64,000 nt of DNA from Glaucostegus cemiculus (lineage: Eukaryota). A model generated the notes under the pieces. The model was not told the origin of the DNA. It worked only from the letters and a program-made list of their open reading frames with translations, and ran no database searches. The translations under genes and the position numbers were made by a program. Below, one piece after another: positions 59,296 through 64,000 of this stretch; position 1 is the stretch's first letter, and every line of letters starts with the position of its first letter. The stretch covers positions 12,586,001 to 12,650,000 of the forward strand of contig CDPCPM010000052.1 of NCBI GenBank assembly GCA_976551045.1, read 5' to 3'.

Positions 59296-60545
59296 CTGCA
59301 ATTGGAAGAACACATTGGAGGTTAAAGCAGACTTGGAAAGGGTCTGAAGGGCAGGGTTCATTCTAAACCTTGGCATTCATATCAATTAACATCCTGGGTC
59401 CCACTCTTTTATTTTCTGTCTCAAAGCTGGATTGTGTGGTCATCATTCACCTGAGTACAACACCAATATAGCAAACACAGTGGAGAGCTGCTACTAATGT
59501 CCTTCACTGCTGCAAATGCTAAGTGCTTTTATTCAGGTCAGTAAGATAAGATCTTTATTAGTCACATGTCCATCGAAACACACAGTGAAATACATCTTTT
59601 GCGTAGTGATTTTGAGGGGGCAGCTTGCAAGTGTCATCACACTTCCAGCACCAACATAGCATGCCCATAACTTCCTAATCTGTACATCTTTGGAGTACTC
59701 TGGGAAGTATTTTCTAATCCTATTTACAGACCGTCTCCCTCTCTTGACCTCCCCAATAACTCATGAGCTAAATACATCATCCAATATGATACTGAATCAC
59801 CCAAGCAAGGGCCCTTTTGGTTTCTTAGTCTATGCTTAATTGACTGATGCCAACTGGGGAGCTACAGGTGTTGGTAGATGTCAGAGGAAAACAGACTTGA
59901 TTGAACAGTGAGGCTGTGGTTGTTAACAAAATCCCACTGACATTCATTGTATAATCATACATGAGGTACTGGGTGGTTCTAGCACCAAGAAATAGATAGC
60001 CCAGGGGGAATCAGTGCTGGAAACAAGGTAAAGAGATGGAAAAAGAATGATACAGAGGAAGGCAATGTTATTCTACCAACTACTTGCAAAACAGGTAGAA
60101 TATTGATCAGATACAGAGTAAGTTATCTCTGCAATGTCCCAGCAAAATATCTCTGGGATTGGCCCCTATTGCCCTGGTTCACTCTTCTCTTCAGTAGCAA
60201 TCCGGCCTCTCTGACTGACAATGTTTAGTCTGTTTTGTTGATAGGAAAATGGTGCTGGCCAAGTTATTGAGGAAAGGTTCTGGGAAGACTCAACAGGAGG
60301 CTGATTTGAGGATGGGTTTACTGGCACGTTCCATTGTAAAAAGCTTCCACTGACGTTCACTGGTGTCTGGTCTGCTGAACCATCGTTTTTGTTAAAACTT
60401 AATCTTCTATTTCAGCAGAGGTCTAATTAAACTGAAGGACGAATGTATGAGGAGGAAAGGAATAGAAAGGCATGCAGACTGGGCGAATTTGACTTCGAGG
60501 TTACTGTGGAGGACATATTGTACAGTTTAAAGGATGACTACTTAC

Positions 60546-60599
60546 ATCTGCTCCTGGGGCGCCAGACGGGCCTCTGGGTCCTGGTGGGCCAGGAGGACC
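60546..60599 (-). CDS. COL5A1: COL5A1 helical exon (~47), 54 nt, GPPGPPGPRGPSGAPGAD
   Basis: Gly-X-Y, AG/GTAAGT. Confidence 0.95.
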
Positions 60600-60705
60600 C
60601 TGGTAACAGAAAATGTTGGACAAGTCAGTCACAGGACCATCACTAGTCTTTGAGCCAATTTTAAAGTTCAAAGGCCTCAGAGGACATAAAGGCGGTTGCA
60701 CTTAC

Positions 60706-60759
60706 CATTGGTCCGACATCACCTGTTTCACCTTTCTCACCCTGAGGACCAGGTAACCC
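60706..60759 (-). CDS. COL5A1: COL5A1 helical exon (~46), 54 nt, GLPGPQGEKGETGDVGPM
   Basis: Gly-X-Y, AG/GTAAGT. Confidence 0.95.
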
Positions 60760-61079
60760 CTGTAAAAGATTTGAATGTACCACGGTTATTATCTCAACAC
60801 ATCCCGCATGGAAACATAGCTCAATCCCATAGCCCAATATTTCCCATGTGGGGTCCATCCTGCCCTCTGCAGGACATGAAGCTGAGGAGTAGGTAGGCAG
60901 GGTTGTGGTGTGGTGGGGGTAGTTCATAAACATGGGCTGAGTCTTTCGATGGCTCCAAAACTACAAGGTTTATCACCAACGCCCCTCCTCCCATGGTACC
61001 TCCACCCTTCAACTCCTCCACCGTAGAAGCTGCTAATAGTGAGCATCTCATCGGAAAACGGTGAAGAGTACAGACATCA

Positions 61080-62480
61080 AGATAGGAACAGGACATTTAG
61101 CTTCTCAAGCCCATTCTGTCATCCTCTGTGTGATCAATGACATCTCCCTTGTCCCTCCTCCTCCCTCCAATATGCATCCACCCCATCAGTTTCCCTTTTA
61201 ACACCTTGTAAACTTCAATCAAGTCACCACGATACTTTCTGAATTCTTGGAAAACAATCCTAGTTTCTACAATCCTTCCTTGTAAATTAACTCCTGAAGA
61301 CCATGTATCATTCTGCTAAATCTATGATGCACTCCCTCCAAAGATGTGGACCATCCAGGAGTTTGGTTAGATGTAGTGTAACTTCCCTCTTGTCCACTTG
61401 TTCTCTGGAATGTGAAGGTCACATTCCATTATTCTTCTCAATTAGTGATTAATAGAGGTGGATCCTCAAGTCTCTTTGAGCTGCAATACTTCTAACTTTT
61501 TGCCTACATTGGAAGCCAATCACACATTTGCATAATCTGTGATACCTCTTTGCAATTTAATATTTTGATGCTTAGAATACTGCGTCTTTGTGTCACAGAC
61601 AATCTTGTACATTTAGCTTTCAATCCTATGATCTCTGCCATTTATAATTATCGAGGTTGGTTGGAGTCCCAACATAGATTTTTTTGCGACACCTTGGATT
61701 ACTGCCAAATTGAGAGCAACTTTCTTTTCTGCTGCTCATTTCCCAACCAATTCAATAACCTGCCTTCAATTCAGTGAGATTCAAATCTAGACAACAGTCT
61801 CCTGTGAAAGGCATCTTTAAATGCCTTCTGGAGGAACTATGGACATTTCCCTGTCCACTCCTCTCCTCAAACAGTTCAATTAAGTGCATCAGGTATGAGC
61901 TACACATTACAAATCTATGCTGGCTTTGACTGATTTACAACATATTTTCAAATGTTATGTGTTGGTTATTATTTCCTGACAACAGATGTTCGGCTATAAA
62001 TCTCAAATTCCCTGGCTTCCCTCTTTCAACTTAATCCGCAATGTGACATGTGCAGTTTTCCAATTTGGAGGAATGGTTTTTGATTTGATTGAACTTGGGA
62101 GGATTATATGGACACCTACGATGGTCGTGCCAATTTCATTTAAAACCTTGGAACAGAAACAAATTAGTCCTGGAAATGTATTTTTCTTTTTAATTCTATT
62201 AACAATTCTATTTCTTAATTTTGTCCATAAAATTTCCCCTTTCAATGCTATCTTCTCTCATTTTGTTCTGAATCACTAAGGCCACCATTCCCTTTACATT
62301 TTCCTACCTTTCCCATAGATCTTTCAACCTAGTATATTTAGCTTCCAGTCCTGACCATCTTGCAACCTTGGCTTAGCAAGGTTATCAGTTACCATGTCAT
62401 ACCCTACAAGTTCAATTTGTGCCTGCAGCTCATTCAAATTGTTCCTTTCACTCAGTGTGTTTATTTAAAGAACTTGTACA
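61080..62480 (-). mobile_element. Old CR1 LINE fragments
   Basis: IPPNWKTAHVTLRIKLKEG resembles the CR1 ORF2 motif P.DWK.ANV.P..KKG. Confidence 0.6.
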
Positions 62481-63548
62481 GTTTCGCACTATCTGGAAAC
62501 CATAATTTTCTATTTTTATTGCCAAAGGACTGGTAAATAGGCATGGTCTTTTGGCCTGTGGACAAAATGGTAAACAGCCTCCTCTAAACACCTGCACTTA
62601 GACCTTGGCATCCTTCCTGCATTTCTGCATAGCTCAGAAATGGGCTCAATGCTCCAGCTGTGTCCAGACCACCAACTATAAATGTTTACTTTATTGTCCG
62701 TTTCCTCTGTTAATAAACCCAGGAATTGCATATGCATTTTATCAACTAGTCCCTGCCATCCTGAAGTTCCTCTTTCCCAGAACTCTCTTTCAATTGCAAA
62801 AACATTTATATTACTTGTCCTTATTTCCCCTTCCAATCTGCATGTGTATACTGCCCTTCCATTTTTAATAGAGTGCAAGATTGCAACAGCCTGCTGTCTC
62901 AGCCACAGCATCCAACGCATGGAAGCAGGTTGCCACATGGAGATTTTAATAACAAATCAACTTCTAAAGGAGTCCCGGAGCCTGGAGCTGCTCTGTAACT
63001 CAGTGCCCGTTTTTGACAGAGGTTATGCAAGTTTTGTCTCTGACATTACACGGATGAGTTGAATCCTGGGAATGGCGGCTACAGTGCTGGGCTGCGGTGT
63101 CAGAGAAGGAATGCTACAGCCTATAATGGCCATCAACGATGAGGCCCACCTTGTCCAGTGCCCGTGATCAAGGGTGCCCTCTGTCTCCAGGGGCACGCTG
63201 AGCTGGGTAAGGTTAGATGTGTCCGAGTTGCCATATATTCTTGTAATTGATAACACTGAAAAAATGGCTTTTATTAAGATTGTAAATACAATTTCCTTGG
63301 ACCTGCCTCTGATGTCGCTAGATGCTTTTGTAAGAGAAAATGTGCAAATTATTCTCAGTGACATCATTGCACCTCTCAACCCCCTACAGAAACCTTTAAC
63401 CTCCCTCTTCTGAAAGTTAATACACTTCTAACAGAAAAGAGCTTTGCTCCTTCCACAGACTGGTAATTAACAGTAAGAGATTTCTGTTGCCCACAGTTGA
63501 TTACAAATCTGCAGATCACTCAAGTTTCATTCAAGAATTTTTCAGCTA

Positions 63549-63761
<213 letters not shown>

Positions 63762-63856
63762 CTAAAACACAAGCAGGACAGGACAGTCAGCACCCTCACT
63801 GTGAACTCCACTACTCAGGAAACGGTCAAGTTGCAAGGAATAAACACTGTACTCAC

Positions 63857-63910
63857 AGCTGGTCCAGGTTGTCCAATGGGGCCTTGTGGACCTGAAGGAC
63901 CTGGTGGACC
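63857..63910 (-). CDS. COL5A1: COL5A1 helical exon (~44), 54 nt, GPPGPSGPQGPIGQPGPA
   Basis: Gly-X-Y, AG acceptor, GTGAGT donor, 54 nt. Confidence 0.93.
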
Positions 63911-64000
63911 CTGTAAACAGAAGATCAGAAAGGCATCAGTGAGGGTTACTGCATCCAACACAAGATTACTGCTATAAAACAGGAGCCGATTGATTCTGAT

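Overview
This is eukaryotic genomic DNA, most likely from a cartilaginous fish, inferred from its repeat families (HE1/V-SINE-like, DeuSINE-like, CR1, Penelope-like). The right half (about 29.2-63.9 kb) holds the 3' part of a clade B fibrillar collagen gene, COL5A1, on the minus strand. I could read 24 coding exons with GT-AG boundaries: 18 Gly-X-Y exons of 54/108/36 nt, the joining exon, and the C-propeptide exons, including both 69-nt alternatives (64A and 64B, only 52 nt apart). The 3' UTR is about 2.3 kb and has four miR-29 seed matches. Exon numbers are counted back from the 66-exon human gene from memory. The left half (1-29 kb) is intergenic and full of decayed retroelements and minisatellites. 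It also holds a ~165-bp DCLK1-like kinase fragment inserted antisense inside a LINE, and two other templated-insertion scars. The long ORFs at 55.6-57.9 kb are artefacts of a 33-bp minisatellite. I see no convincing new multi-gene system. The best leads are the exon 64A/64B switch and its neighbourhood, the captured DCLK fragment with nearby repair scars, SINE-derived 33-bp minisatellites, and decayed hammerhead-like motifs in Penelope-derived palindromes. Transposon boundaries and family names are approximate and were assigned by eye.
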